Counted from the stretch's first letter, positions 26,575 through 39,807 are shown. The stretch is 64,000 bases of DNA from Eledone cirrhosa (GCA_964016885.1 OZ024740.1:176514001-176578000); one strand, 5' to 3'. Translations and numbers: made by a program. The notes: a model not told the origin generated them from the letters alone.

Positions 26575-28477
26575 ATGTTAAACGCAGCGAACGAAAATAG
26601 TGGTGGGGGGACAGCGGTAAGAGTTGTAAGCTCGCACGCTTTAGTCCTCCCTTCCTTCCCAACTAACGTCATAGAGAAGGAAGGAAAAATTAAAATAAAA
26701 ACAGACGAATCTGCGGAGAAAAAATTAAATGACGAAAACACAAATCTGGACTTGGATTCCAACAACGAAAAAAAAAAATTTGAAAAATTGCATGACAATA
26801 CTAATAACACAAACAAAGACACAACAAACACAAAAATAACAGTTGAAAATAACACCATATCAGAAAACAAAGCAGACGACAAGATTTCATTTGCACAGAA
26901 AACAAAGAAATCTTTGACTTATATAGCGGAAAACATTTCAGATGTGGTACGAAGGATCACGGACGCCAAACAATACATAAGTGAAGGAGAGAATGGTATT
27001 TTATCCGTAAAAATGCCTCAAGAATTCACGAAAGACATTGAAAGCCGAACGGTCAAGTTTCGGACCATCAACAACAGTACAAAAAAACCTGAACAGCCTT
27101 CTCAAGCAGATATCAAAACAGTACTCACAGAAGTACTTAATGAAACCACTTTCATAAGAAAAGACAGACTGTATGGAAGCCTAGCAATTATCATGAAGAA
27201 CGAATCGGCGGCAAAAAAATGTGCTTTGTCACCGATTCGTTCGAAAAATTTCACCTTTTATCCATCTTATATGGGGAAAAGAACTCAACGCATATGGCTG
27301 GATGCAATGATGCCAGATGTGGACTACTGCTGGCTCATAGCTGGCTTCATCGATCCAGTGAATGACAACGTGATTTCCATTGGGAAAACCACAGGCAATG
27401 CGTTCAGTGGAACAGGTATAGAGCTGGTAGTACAAATGAAGCCTGAACGCATCGCCCAAATACCCGACAGAATCCTATTAGAGGACCACGGGTATATAAA
27501 CATTAGCGTGGAGGGGAGAAGGCCGTCCTGCCATATCTGTGCAGGCAGAGGGCACCTGAAGGCCGCTTGTCCCCAACTCAACAAAAAGAAAACCCTGCTA
27601 CCAACACCAGCTCCACCACCACCACCACAGCAGATAAACAAACAACAAAACTCAGTCCCACCCAACCCGTCCCTCAGTAAAACCACAACACCACCACAAC
27701 ACAAACAGTCACAACACATTACCCCAAAACAAAATACAGGCCCACCCAACCTCTCACTCAATAAAACAACACAACCACCGCAGACACAACACACAACACA
27801 GTCTAACATAGTGACATCCATCTCCCCTACAAAGAAAACCAACACGGAAACATTACCAGCAAACATACCTCTTCCCTCCAACACTGAAGATAGCCCAACG
27901 AATTCGGAGGAAGAAACGGAGTCCTTCAGACAGATTAAAAGGAAAAAAAGAAAACATGTGCAAAACACACAAGGACAAACAACCCCCACCCAAATCTCAA
28001 CACAATCCAACAAAACAGAAAACACCCCTCCAGCAACAAACAAAAACCAAAACTGCCCCTCCCCTCTTCGAAACACTCACACCATCGGAAAAAAAGACAT
28101 TACACTATACTTACATCAACAGAAACAATAATAAATTAAATGAGCTCATATACAATAATCCTTCGGTACAAACCGAAGGTGTAAACTTTGTTTCGTCAGA
28201 AAACTACCCACATTTAAAACTAATAAAGATCCCAATGAACCTCTACCAAAAACTAAAAAAGGATTTTAAGGAGGACGTAGGACCACCCTCTGTCAAACCC
28301 ATAAACCGCGTCCTACTAAAAAGCTTTCCCCCTCCCCTTCCCCTCCCCAACACAACTCCAAACACCCCAACCCCACCACACACTGACGACCCCACACCAC
28401 CACAAGACACCCCTTCACCCAACACCCCCTACCCCATGGAAGTCGTGCAACCCGAACCCCGGGAAGCGGAAAGGTAG
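26575..28477 (+). pseudogene. ORF1 of LINE copy B (nucleic-acid-binding, CX2CX4HX4C); one frameshift near 28090
   Basis: The 518-aa ORF contains CHICAGRGHLKAAC. The C-terminal continuation in ORF 27956-28477 is homologous to copy A. Confidence 0.85.
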
Positions 28478-28510
28478 GTCTCTACACTCTCCTTTGGCTC
28501 TGCCGCCCAC

Positions 28511-31500
28511 ATGGATGTGTTAAGAGTAGGATCTTTGAATGCACGTGGCCTGGGCTCAACTTGGAAGCAAGCAAAGCTTCTAAATGACCTCAGGTCATGT
28601 AGTATAAATGTAATGGTTATCTGTGAGACTCGAATCAGCGTCGTGCGGCAGCTGGCCCCCACCTTCGATGACTTTGAGGTGCATGCATCTCTCTGTCAAC
28701 CTGGAGGTGGGGTGGGGTTGTCGTACTGCTGCAAAAACACCTGGGTCTTGCCATACAGGTTGTGCACTCGGACCCGGAGGGTCGTTTGTTGGTTCTAGAC
28801 GATGGCAGTAGTGAAAGTGCGGCCTTGAGACTGGTCGCCGTCTACTCCCCTTTCGGAGCTGAACGGCCCGACTTCTTCCAGCGTTTGGAGACTTTTCTGG
28901 GAACGTCGCGTTCCCTGCTTCTAGCGGGGTATTGGAATGACATCCTGGATGCACGTTGGGACTATGCAGGAGCATGTCCTAATAGAGGGGGGTGTAACAG
29001 CCTCAAGGGGTTACTCGACCGTTTTAACTTGGTCGATAGATATCGACTAGATTTTCTAACTGTGCCTACCTCGACTTGGAGAAACCACAGTGGTCAATCT
29101 AGATCGTACTTAGATAGATTCTTAGTTAGAAGTAAGGATAGGGACATATTAAGCTGTCCAGAAATGCGCACGGTTGGCTACACGGATCACAAATTAGTGA
29201 CCTGCGTGGTCAATCTCGATAAAACACATAGACAGGGTCCCGGTTACTGGAAACTTAATTTGTCTTTACCGGCAAAAGAGACTTACAGAAACCGGATTAG
29301 CAGATTAGTTAAGGAGAGGTTGACGGGTGCAATCGTCAACAACCGATGGTGGGCATCTCTCAAAAGAGAGATTAGAACAGAATCAATAAGTTATAGCAAG
29401 ATGTTAGCTGCCGATAGGAATAGAAACGAGAAAGAATTAACAGGTAAATTAGAAGAGGCAATCAAGAGCGAATATGTGGCCAGAGTGCTGGCATCGAGGA
29501 AGGCCTTGAACCAGTTTTTCGATGCAAAGCACGAAGGCTGCGTCATTCGAAGTAAAATACGTGCTCTAGGTAATGAGGGGGCCAAAGCCGTTGGATGGGC
29601 CCGCGTGACAGAAGCTAAGAGTGGAAATCGATCCACCATCCGGTCGTTGCAAGACGAAGATGAACGGGTGATCCGGGAGCCTAAGCAGATGTGCGAGGCC
29701 TTTCAAAGGCACTTTGCCCGATTGTTCGGGGGGAGGCGAGGGTCCGGGCGGGGGCGTGGATTTCGGTCCATACCTCGACGGCCTGCCGCGTCTCTCGAGC
29801 GAAGAGGCAGAGTCCTGCGAGGGACCAATCTCGGCTGATGAGATCGGAGATGCGCTGAGCCAATGCAGCAGACGCAAATCTCCAGGTCTCGATGGTATAC
29901 CTTATGAACTTTATTTAGCAATGCCGGTCTTCTTCTCCGAACTCCTCGAAGCGGTCTACTGCAATTGGCAGCAGAACGGGAGAATTCCTTGTTCTGTAGC
30001 CAAGGGCGTAGTCACGCTGGTAAGGAAGGACGAGAACAAGGGGGATAGTATAAATAATTTTCGGCCCATGACCCTGCTAAACACAGAGTTAAAGATTTTG
30101 GCCAAGGTGTTAGCAAAGAGGTTGGCGCTTGTCGTGGGTGGCCTGGTGGGAGATGCGCAGACATGTGCTATCCCATCCAGGTCCATTCACGATAACCTCC
30201 ACCTCATGCGATACATCATAGAGAGGGTTGGCAACAAACCCGGCTTCGGTGGGGCCCTGATCAACTTGGATCAGTCTAAGGCCTTCGATAGAGTCGACCA
30301 TGGTTACCTGGATGCGGTGCTAGCGGCGGCTGGGTTCGGTCCTGTTTTCAGAGGCTGGATCACTGCGCTACATAGCAACCACATCTGTTCTAGGATCAAG
30401 GTGAACGGCTACCTTTCGAAGCCATTCGAAATCACACGATCCATTCGACAGGGGTGCCCTCTCTCCTCCCTTCTGTACGTATTGACTCTCGAGCCTTTAC
30501 TGAGGAAGTTGGAGTTGTTGCAGGGTATCCCCCTGGAACCAGGATTGAGCAAAGCGGTGTCGGCCTACGCCGATGACGTAACAGTAATGGTATCAACCGA
30601 CTCGGAGATCGAGGCGATCGGTACCTTACTGGAGGAGTACGAAAGGTTGTCAGGAGCGAAACTGAACCGGGAAAAATCCATCGGGCTGCAACTCGGAACG
30701 TGGAGAGGCAGACCGATGCCTCCTGACGGTGTCGTCGGACAGTGGACGGAGGGCCCGGTAAAGTTGCTTGGGGTCTGGTTTGGACCGGACCTCCAGGTGG
30801 AAAAGAACTGGAACGAGATTACGAACAAGGTGTTTGCACTAACCCAGAAATGGGCCAAGTGTAAGCTGTCCCTAAAAGGCCGGGCGGAGGTGGCGAACAT
30901 TTACATAGCGTCCGTCACTTACTACCGCCTGACTGTCGTGCCTTGCCCTAAGGAAACACTCACCACCATGGAACGCATGCTCTTCCAATTTCTTTGGAAG
31001 AAGCGTCCTCCTATGGTGAGAAGATCCATCTGCTGCCAACAACCTTCGAAAGGAGGGCTGGGGATGCCGTGGTTGATGATGCGTAGGCACGCATTAAGGC
31101 TACGGCACCTACAGGTATTCCTCACTGGTCAACTGGTGTGGGCTCCGTTCGTGAAACGAGCCTTTCCGAGACTCGTCTCGCTCACCGAGCTACAGTCCTG
31201 GGTCAAGCAAAGATCCGGAAAACTGGGAGACTGGCACACTGAGTGTGCTCAGGCGCTCAGGGCTCTCTGGCAAGCGGGCCAGGCCATCGGTGGAGAATCC
31301 ACCTCATCATTCTATAGAGGGCTGGTGGCTAGCAGGGGCGATGACACCCTTGGAGAGTCGCTGGACATGGAAGAAGACGAACTGGCCAGCCTGTTCGGTA
31401 GGACTTTCGGCCCAGGACCAATGGACAACTTCCAGAAGTCACTGGCCTGGCAGTGCTACCGGGGGGCTCTACCCGTTCGAGAGAGGCTCTACAGACACGG

Positions 31501-31947
31501 CGCCCGGGCAGGGATCCCTCAAAAAAGATATGCCCTAGATGCGTGCGTCACGAAGAAACCGTTGCGCACGCATTGGTGCAATGTCCGGGCGTGGCTGATC
31601 TGTGGGGCTACGCCGAACGACTGCTGTCGCGGGTGGCGCCGATTAAATTGACCGCCGAGTCCGTGATGACAATCAAACCGCCTCCCCTCTTCACAAAGGA
31701 AGCAAAGGCGGTTTTTCTGTACGTAATAGCCATGTTGAAAGCGGTTGTTTGGTGGACACGATTGAAAGGTCTGAGGTCAGGCAACTTCCTCTCTGGCCAT
31801 AGTCTGGTCTACTTCTTCCGATATCACTTCGGAAGAAGGATAAGAATGGAGAGAGAGGTGCTTGGCCACAGGCAGTTTTATGAAAGGTGGGTGATAGTGG
31901 CGAGAATGGCTCGTGTAAATGGGCCTTCTCTGTATACCATCCTGTAG
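28511..31947 (+). pseudogene. ORF2 of LINE copy B: AP endonuclease, reverse transcriptase, C-terminal zinc finger; about 3 frameshifts
   Basis: SLNARGL, CETR, VYSP, YLDRF, TDHK (APE); KSPGLDG, LDQSKAFDRV, QGCPLS, YADD (RT); CPRC..ETVAHALVQC. Confidence 0.92.
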
Positions 31948-32160
31948 GTAAAGAAGTAAAGGAGAGGGGAGCACCTTCTCCATGTGCTCCCCGGGCAAAG
32001 GATTGCACACTTTTTCAGGGGTGTGTGCAACCCCATCACGTCCCCTCCCTTTTGAGGTTATTTTCGATTATTTTCATGTTACACCCTTTTTACTCGATTA
32101 TATGTAAACTCCCCCTTTGTATTTGTCCCTTCTTTTTATGCCTTTATGGTAAATAAAGAA

Positions 32161-32236
<76 letters not shown>
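32161..32236. repeat. (ATCT)n microsatellite at the 3' end of LINE copy B
   Basis: Direct reading of the sequence. Confidence 0.97.
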
Positions 32237-32238
<2 letters not shown>

Positions 32239-32274
32239 ATATATATATAAATATATATGCATATATATTTTAAT

Positions 32275-32640
32275 AATAATAATACAAAGATGAATGGTTA
32301 CTCTTTCGTTACGTTTATTGGTTGGTGACGTGCGTTTCGATCTGTATCGATCTAGCTCGACTCAGGAATCAAAAGCTCGTCGGACCTCTGTGGTAGTAAT
32401 GACAGAGATCCGACGAGCTTTTGATTCCAGAGACAGGCTATATCGATACAGATCGAACCTAGAGCTGATCAATAGCGAAACGCGCGTCACCAACCAATAA
32501 ACGTAATGAAGGAGTAACCATTCATCCTTGTATTATTATACTACACTCTGTCTAGATCTACACCTCGATACCGACGTGAACCTAAACACCGAGTGCTCAC
32601 AAAGGTGAACCTACTGTAACTCCGCGTTACACTCCTTGGA
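32275..32640 (+). mobile_element. palindromic PLE-derived remnant (inverted repeat 32275-32539 plus ~100-bp tail) in (TA)n
   Basis: Long imperfect inverted repeat. The arms carry GAAACGCGCGTC / GAAACGCACGTC, the 3' half of a PLE-type minimal hammerhead. Confidence 0.65.
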
Positions 32641-32641
32641 T

Positions 32642-32720
<79 letters not shown>

Positions 32721-33644
32721 CAAGTTATCAATAATGTAGTGATAATATATCGTCACGTTAGAGATGAACAGCGTACGTGTAGGTTTGCTCAACGAGTATA
32801 AATTTTATTCCGGAGGAAATGTAAAAAAGATGAATATAAAATGAAAGTGCTTTTATAAAGGAATTTATTAGGTATTGACATATGTTTCTGTAACAGACGG
32901 AATACCTATGCATCGCTGCCTGCGTAATCATATAATATTAGCACATAATCGATAGCAAATGTTTAATCAGTTGTCACTTCTTCAGAGATATTGGATAAAT
33001 TCGAAAAAATCAGAAAAATCAAAGTATTTATATTAGTCGTAAGAAAGGAAAAGGAGAGAGGACAGTCTATGACAGATGGCAATTCAATTTGCTGGTAAAC
33101 AAGTGTATAGAAGGTTTTTAATGAGAATACAATGTGTATATGGCTTATTTTGTCTAAATAAGAATTTTTGGGAGTGCCGATTTTAATTTATATTTGACAT
33201 AAACATTTTCCCCCAAACCACAGATACCACCAAATATTTAACAGATATACTGTTAAATTCTCATACTCTACATCAAACAATCTCCAGCAAAAAATAAGCA
33301 ACTACAACATTTATAAATTTAAAAATAATATGACTACACCACCACAACATAATTTAAATAATACTGCACTTTTTAAAAGAACAAATAATACAATTCTTCA
33401 ACCTGGAAAACACAACCACCCAAATCATCAACACAAAAACAATATAATACAAAATCACAATACAACTCTAGCACTAAACCACCCACAAAGCAACCTTCAT
33501 TCTCCCGCTAACATTAATTACAATAAGAATAGTTCAAGGATTAATGAGAACGGTATAGGGACCCCCAACAACCATCTTACGTATGGTTGTAATTGCAGAA
33601 ATAGAAGCATTTGCCACTTAAATGGCAACTGTTTGATAAATAAT

Positions 33645-33825
33645 TGTTTCTACTTTAGGCACAAGGCCAGCAATTATCCAGTGCATTACTGGTACTTTAT
33701 TTTATCGACCCCGTAAGGATGAAAGGCAAAGTCAACCTCGGCGGGATTTGAACTCAGATCGTAAAGGGACGTAACTATGCTGGAAAGCGTGGCGTCCGAC
33801 CCTCTACCGATACTGCCAATCCACA
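33645..33825 (-). mobile_element. SINE inserted into the PLE endonuclease, 7-bp TSD AAATAAT
   Basis: SINE core present. AAATAAT occurs at 33638-33644 and 33826-33832. Confidence 0.88.
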
Positions 33826-34361
33826 AAATAATGTAATATATAAATGCACTGTGTCTACTACTGACTCTAACATATAGGATCTACATCGAACACATTTAAG
33901 AAAAGATATTACGCACACTCTAGTAGTTTTAACAATACTAAACTAGCTAACACCACATCTTTAGCTGAAGCAGTAAATAACTATAAAAAAAAAATAAATA
34001 GATTTCAAGCTATCGTGGAACACCATTCTACAAAGAACTCCATATCTTGGGAACAGGAGAGAATGCAGGTTATGTTCAGGGGAGATCTTGGAAATTACTA
34101 AATCTAAGGACGATTTATTGAATAAAAGACAGGAACTGATTATAGTTTGTAATCACCGTATACGAAAAACATTTAAATACTATAAACCTAATTAAATATT
34201 CTAAATAGCAACTCACTATAATTCTATGTAGCGTAACATTTGTTAGTATCCCTTTCTCTTAATTATACGCATTCATGATTATTTACGGACACGTAACCCT
34301 CTTATTTTATTTTATTTTATTTCTACTTTATACATATTAATATTCTCATTATCTAACTTCA

Positions 34362-34486
34362 AGTTCTGAGGAGCTGCTCCATAATATTATTCTATGTTAA
34401 TTATCTTTCTCTGCACCAAATTAATAACGATATTACCATCGATTGATCCAGAAACATTATATGGAGTAGTGAAACAATTGTAAACT
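34362..34486 (+). ncRNA. type I hammerhead ribozyme in PLE 3' pLTR
   Basis: Stem I AGTT/AACT; core CTGAGGA; stem II GCTGCTCCATA/TATGGAGTAGT with a long insert; GAAA-C-AATT-G-TA (palindromic minimal stem III). Confidence 0.8.
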
Positions 34487-34591
34487 GACACTATTACCCC
34501 CTTTTTTATATTAAACTACACTTAATGTTGATACTTTTCGACTAATGTCTTATATGTGAGCTTGTGGTCTTGATTTGCTTAACTACTGAAT

Positions 34592-34678
<87 letters not shown>

Positions 34679-34720
34679 TTGCGAGGTTTTTGATATGAAA
34701 CCGTGTGTCGAAACAAATAT

Positions 34721-35185
34721 TGTTATACTTGGGGAGGGTCATATTGTTGTAATAATATTACCAGAATTAATAACACAACACACCCACTGTTTGGCTGGTT
34801 TTCGCTTCTGTATCTTTTATATCAGTTAATTCATTCGGTCCTCAATGTTTACCATTGACTGACCAACGGTCAAAAATACAGATATAATATAGACAGAAAC
34901 ACATATATATAGTCTAACAAAGTTCTTTCGTTGCACATCTGCAACATCGTCAGTGGTGCTATTATGTTCCTCCTGTTGTATTGTATTTCTACGCCATCTT
35001 TATTTAATCTATTTATTTATTTATTTATTTATTTATTTTTGTCTTCTCTGCGCATGCGTTTGCGTGTGTGTATAGTGATTGGTGTGTGTTCGCGTTTGGG
35101 TTTCCGTGTTTTGGTTATTGTATTCTATCTTAGTTTACTAGTGTGTGTTTATATGTGATTGTTGTTATTGTGCTTGTGTATATAT
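34721..35185. repeat. unclassified dispersed repeat (possible solo LTR, TGTTATA terminus), copy 1
   Basis: Close copy at 55021-55470. Related termini TGTTATA(C/T)TT(T)GGGA.GGTCAT occur at 37430 (+) and about 56790-56813 (-). Confidence 0.65.
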
Positions 35186-35229
35186 TTATTTATTTATTTA
35201 TTTATATTTCTCTTAGATCAGTATTGTTT

Positions 35230-36182
35230 GTTTGGGTGTTGTTATTCCATTCAATTTTTTCTGTTTAGCTTTGGCCTGTGTTACCGTTAGGTTGTTGTAT
35301 GGCGTGTTCGTATAGTACTGAACCGTTTTCTCGTCCTTTAATTTCCCCCAGTGTTGGTCTATCCTTTCACATATGCTACGAGCTGTCATGTTGTTGTCAT
35401 GTTTCTGTAAGTACCCTCTGTACATCTTATTCATTCCATGATTTTCTCCTGTATAATGGGCAAATTCCTTTCATGTCCAGTTCGATGAGGGGCTTATACT
35501 TCTCTGTGGCTCCTTCACATACTCTGATTCTGTCTCTTTGGTTGTAGCCAGAGAACTACATGCGGTTGATGAAGTGTTGGATGTGTCTTTCCATTTCTGT
35601 TGGGTCGCACATGCGGGACACGTTCTTCGTCACTCGTACCAAGTCTGCGATCAGAATATTAAACTTAGCACTACTGAGTTTTTGAGTATCAGGTATTTGG
35701 AGGCCATGGCTTTAGCGTAGTGTGAGTGGAGAATTTGGGCCCTCTCGTCTATAGTGTTAATCCAGAGTTCCGTGTCTAATACAGGTAGTCTACTGTTAGG
35801 GTGTTTGGAAGGGTAGTCGATAGTTACAGTTATACTCTGATGTATGGAATTAGCTATCTGCTGGATGCTTTCGATTGTGCTACATTCTAAATCATACTTG
35901 TCAGTACTCTCTTGTGGGGGTGTCCTTATTACTATATTAATGTCGTCTACGTAACGAGAGTTCATGATGAGGTCTATGGAGCTCTCATCAAGGAGATCTT
36001 TGAGTCTCCTTTCCCACCATACCATAAAAAGGTTGGCAACGTCACCAGCTATGCTGACGCCAATGGCTGCTCCCTCATTTTGGGTGTAGATCTTCTCGTT
36101 GAATTTGAATATGTGGCCCTTTAGGATAGTTTTAATACTAGCCCTATTGCATTGTCGACCATTTTTCTGACCTGATCATTGT
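35230..36182 (-). pseudogene. Penelope-like reverse transcriptase fragment
   Basis: HIFKFNEKIYTQNEGAAIGVSIAGDVANLFM, RYVDD, LPVLDTELW, HSHYAKAMAS and a thumb-like SGY. Confidence 0.8.
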
Positions 36183-36595
36183 TTTTCAAATTTGTTATTT
36201 TGCTGGAACATGGTGTTGTTAACACACACATCCAGCTCCTCTTACATCTGCAGCAGGAGCTATCATTGTTGTTACACTTTCCCACCTCATGCCTTCCGAT
36301 TACATTCCATGTGTTAAAATCCCTACCTAATCTAGCATTAAAGTCACCAAGCACGATGACCTTGTCTGCCTGAGGAATATTTCTTAAATCCCCTTTCAAG
36401 GCACCGTATAAAGACACTTTTTCTTCATCGACAGAATTCATATTTGGAGCATATACACTTACCAGGGTCGCATATCTTCCTTTGTCTAGCGGAATTCTCA
36501 TGGACATATGACGCTCACTAATCCCCATTGGGAATTCTTCTAATTTATCCACAAGAGCAGTCTTAACAGCAAATGCTACCCAAGCCTCCCTTCTG
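36183..36595 (-). pseudogene. RTE-like AP endonuclease fragment
   Basis: VAFAVK..ISERHMSMRIPL..TLVSVYAP..VIVLGDFNARLG..GKCNNN. Confidence 0.82.
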
Positions 36596-37254
36596 GTGTA
36601 TTGTATATTTTATATAGGGAGGGGGTGAGTTTAAAGGTGATTGATATACAGAGAGGGATTGGGAGAGATAAGTGTAGATATGTATAGATTGAGAAAGTGT
36701 ATTAGTCTTAGATATAGAGAGTAGCATAAGAGAGGCGGCGTCGTGGTAGATATAGAGAGGGGTAGAGTTTGGTTTTAGTAGATACAGAGAGGGACGTTAA
36801 AAGAGAATTTTTAGTGATAGACATAGAGATGAGGAGAGTTTGGTGTCACTCTCTGGTCCCAAATAATAGGAAGGGTGGCAATGATGGGGTGGGGTGGGGC
36901 TTGCGAAATCAGTAATTTTATAGCGTACCTTCGTAAATATGGGATTTCTTGTATGTTCTTCTTTTGTCATATATAATGTTTTTGTTTAAAAGTAAAATGA
37001 AATTCTTATTAGATTCTCCAGCTGCTGTGTCAATATGAATCACTTACAATAATGTTTCGCCGGAGATAGATTAGTAAAATTTAATAAGGATGTGGGTGGA
37101 AGGCGTGGAATAAAAACCAGAGGGGATGGTGGAAAAGATCTGACAAATTAATAAGCGAGGGTTGGAGACGATTATTCAAGACCTGAGAGACAGAGTACGT
37201 GAATTATTAACGGACGTAAGAATGAAAACTCAATATCGAAGTAGAGTTTAAATT

Positions 37255-37394
37255 TTCATTTATTATGGTTAAGCCTTGTTATTTTGGAGTCTCACCTGCG
37301 TACTCACAGGATCATCATACAAGACTGGTGATCCTGTGAGTGCGCAGGTAAAACTTTACAGTAGCAACGCTCACCAATAGCCAAAATAAACGAA
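37255..37394. repeat. imperfect inverted repeat (hairpin)
   Basis: ACCTGCGTACTCACAGGATCA / TGATCCTGTGAGTGCGCAGGT core with weaker outer arms. Confidence 0.75.
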
Positions 37395-37449
37395 TATATA
37401 TATATGTATATATGTATGTATTCATATATTGTTATACTTTGGGATAGTC

Positions 37450-37855
<406 letters not shown>

Positions 37856-38212
37856 AGGGATGAATTAATTGCGTATAATACCAGTTTCTTACCAAATACG
37901 AAGACGCTCGATATATTAACCCCGTGGGAAAGGGCACAGACCATAATTTTTTAAAATTATATATATGTACTGTTGAGGTGGAACTGAGAGGGGGAGGGCG
38001 CATGTCCCCCTCCAATAATTATATTTTCTTCCCAAACTTTCAAAACACATCTATTTGGATGTGCGTTATAATTTATGTACATGTTATGTTTATTGCATGT
38101 CGAAGTGTTCTGACCATTTTAGAGTTCACAAAGCTAAACTAATCACTACAACTGAATTGTCCAAATTTGCACCCGACCCAATTCAGAAATGCTTCCACCG
38201 CCCCTATATATA

Positions 38213-39095
38213 TAGTGAAAGAGTGAAGAATAACAAGGTCTAAATCACTTGAAGTGATTAGCAATTTTTAGACATCCTAATCAATGCAACAATTGCTAAT
38301 ACTGTAAATAAAACCCTTTTTTTACTGTTGACCATGTTATTCTTCACTCTTTCACTATTATTACTCCAATATTAACCTGCATAGAAATTCCCGAGAACTC
38401 GCCACCTAATGAAAGGAACCTCTTGTTGAGTCAAACAACGCCGTACGTTAAAACTATCCACAATACAGAGTAGTCACATCCTCTAACTGGATTACCTATG
38501 ACGATAATTTATTATCCCATATATATATATAAGTAAACGATGTATCGTATGAGATAATCTAAGTAGAGGTTATGAGTAATCTGTACAATGGATGATTTAA
38601 CGTGCGGCGTTGTTTGACTCGACAAGATGTTTACTTAGTTGTGGTGTTCGGGTGGCGGATTCCAAACAGTTTCTAGGTAAGCAGTTCCTGGAGTATTAAT
38701 AATTATTTCTACGTTTGGCACAAGGCCAGCAATTATTCCAGTGTATTACTGGTACTTTATTGTATCGACCCCGTAAGGATGAAAGGTAAAGTTAACCTCG
38801 GCGGGATTTGAACTCAGACCATAAAGGGCCGTAACTCTTTGCTGCAAAGCATGGCATCCGACCCTCTACAGATACTGCCAATCCACCGCCCTTTGCCAAT
38901 CCACCGCCCTTTCCTGGAGTATTAATAATGAAGGAGTGAAGAATAACATGGATTGGCTATACAGTAGGGTTTATTCCAGGTATTAACAAATGTTTCATAG
39001 CGATTTTTAAACACACCGAGCCAATGAAAGTTTTGTTAATACCTGGAATAAACCGTATTGTATAGCTTGTCCGTGTTATTCTCCACTCCTTCATC
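38213..39095. mobile_element. two related palindrome-plus-tail PLE-like remnants in inverted orientation
   Basis: Hairpins 38213-38358 and 38928-39095 share GAGTGAAGAATAACA arms. The tails are mutually inverted (GAGTCAAACAACGCC / GGCGTTGTTTGACTC). A hammerhead 3' half (GAAACATTTGTT) is present. Confidence 0.6.
38704..38910 (-). mobile_element. SINE with 19-bp TSD TTCCTGGAGTATTAATAAT
   Basis: SINE core present. TSD at 38685-38703 and 38911-38929. Confidence 0.9.
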
Positions 39096-39112
39096 CTATA
39101 CATACATACATA

Positions 39113-39182
<70 letters not shown>

Positions 39183-39338
39183 AAGTTATAGCTCACTTGA
39201 AGCATTGTGTAATGAGGTGTAAACGTTTGTATATGTATAATAAAGCCAAAACAATGCAGGTATGGACATAGAATAAAGAATGCAAATGCAAAAGATATTG
39301 TTGACAATTAGTCTTTTACCTTAGATTTATTTAAATGT

Positions 39339-39373
39339 CCTTAATTTTCGAGATAATATCTCTTCTTCGGAGG
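39339..39373 (-). ncRNA. minimal hammerhead-like motif with variant core CCGAAGA (3' pLTR)
   Basis: Reverse complement reads CCT-CCGAAGA-A-GAGAT ATT ATCTC-GAAA-AT-TA-AGG. Confidence 0.55.
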
Positions 39374-39564
39374 GAAGTAAAGCGGTTAAACCAGCGTTCT
39401 AAATAGCTTGTCAAGTCAAGCTGACAGGAAATGGTATAGAGTATCTGTTCTATCTCTAATATCAAAGAGTTAAGGTTAGATGGATAAAGAGTAGTCTCCC
39501 TTTAAAAGGGTTGTTTTTTGGTACATGCCTGTTTAAATGTGTGGGAGGATGCGTGAAGGTGTAA

Positions 39565-39599
<35 letters not shown>

Positions 39600-39662
39600 T
39601 GTGAGAAGATATGTCTATACTTAAATGTGGGGGATAGATGTTATCTCGTGTTAGAACTGGTC

Positions 39663-39741
<79 letters not shown>

Positions 39742-39807
39742 CGTGCGCGTGCGTGTGTGTGTGCGTGTGTGTGGGAGGGGTGTGTAAATATGGGGCTAGA
39801 TGCTCTA

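Larger units (their letters stand above)
26344..32160 (+). mobile_element. L1/Tx1-like non-LTR retrotransposon, copy B (near full length, ~5.8 kb)
   Basis: 5' UTR, ORF1 with CCHC knuckle, APE-RT-CCHC ORF2, and a 3' UTR ending AATAAAGAA directly into (ATCT)n. Confidence 0.93.
33200..34590 (+). mobile_element. 5'-truncated Penelope-like element: GIY-YIG endonuclease region and 3' pLTR
   Basis: VKFSYST, CNCRNRSICHLNGNC, then after a SINE insertion NVIYKCTV..IGST..FKKRY..H..SF..CRLC..LLNKRQE. A hammerhead follows downstream. Confidence 0.8.
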
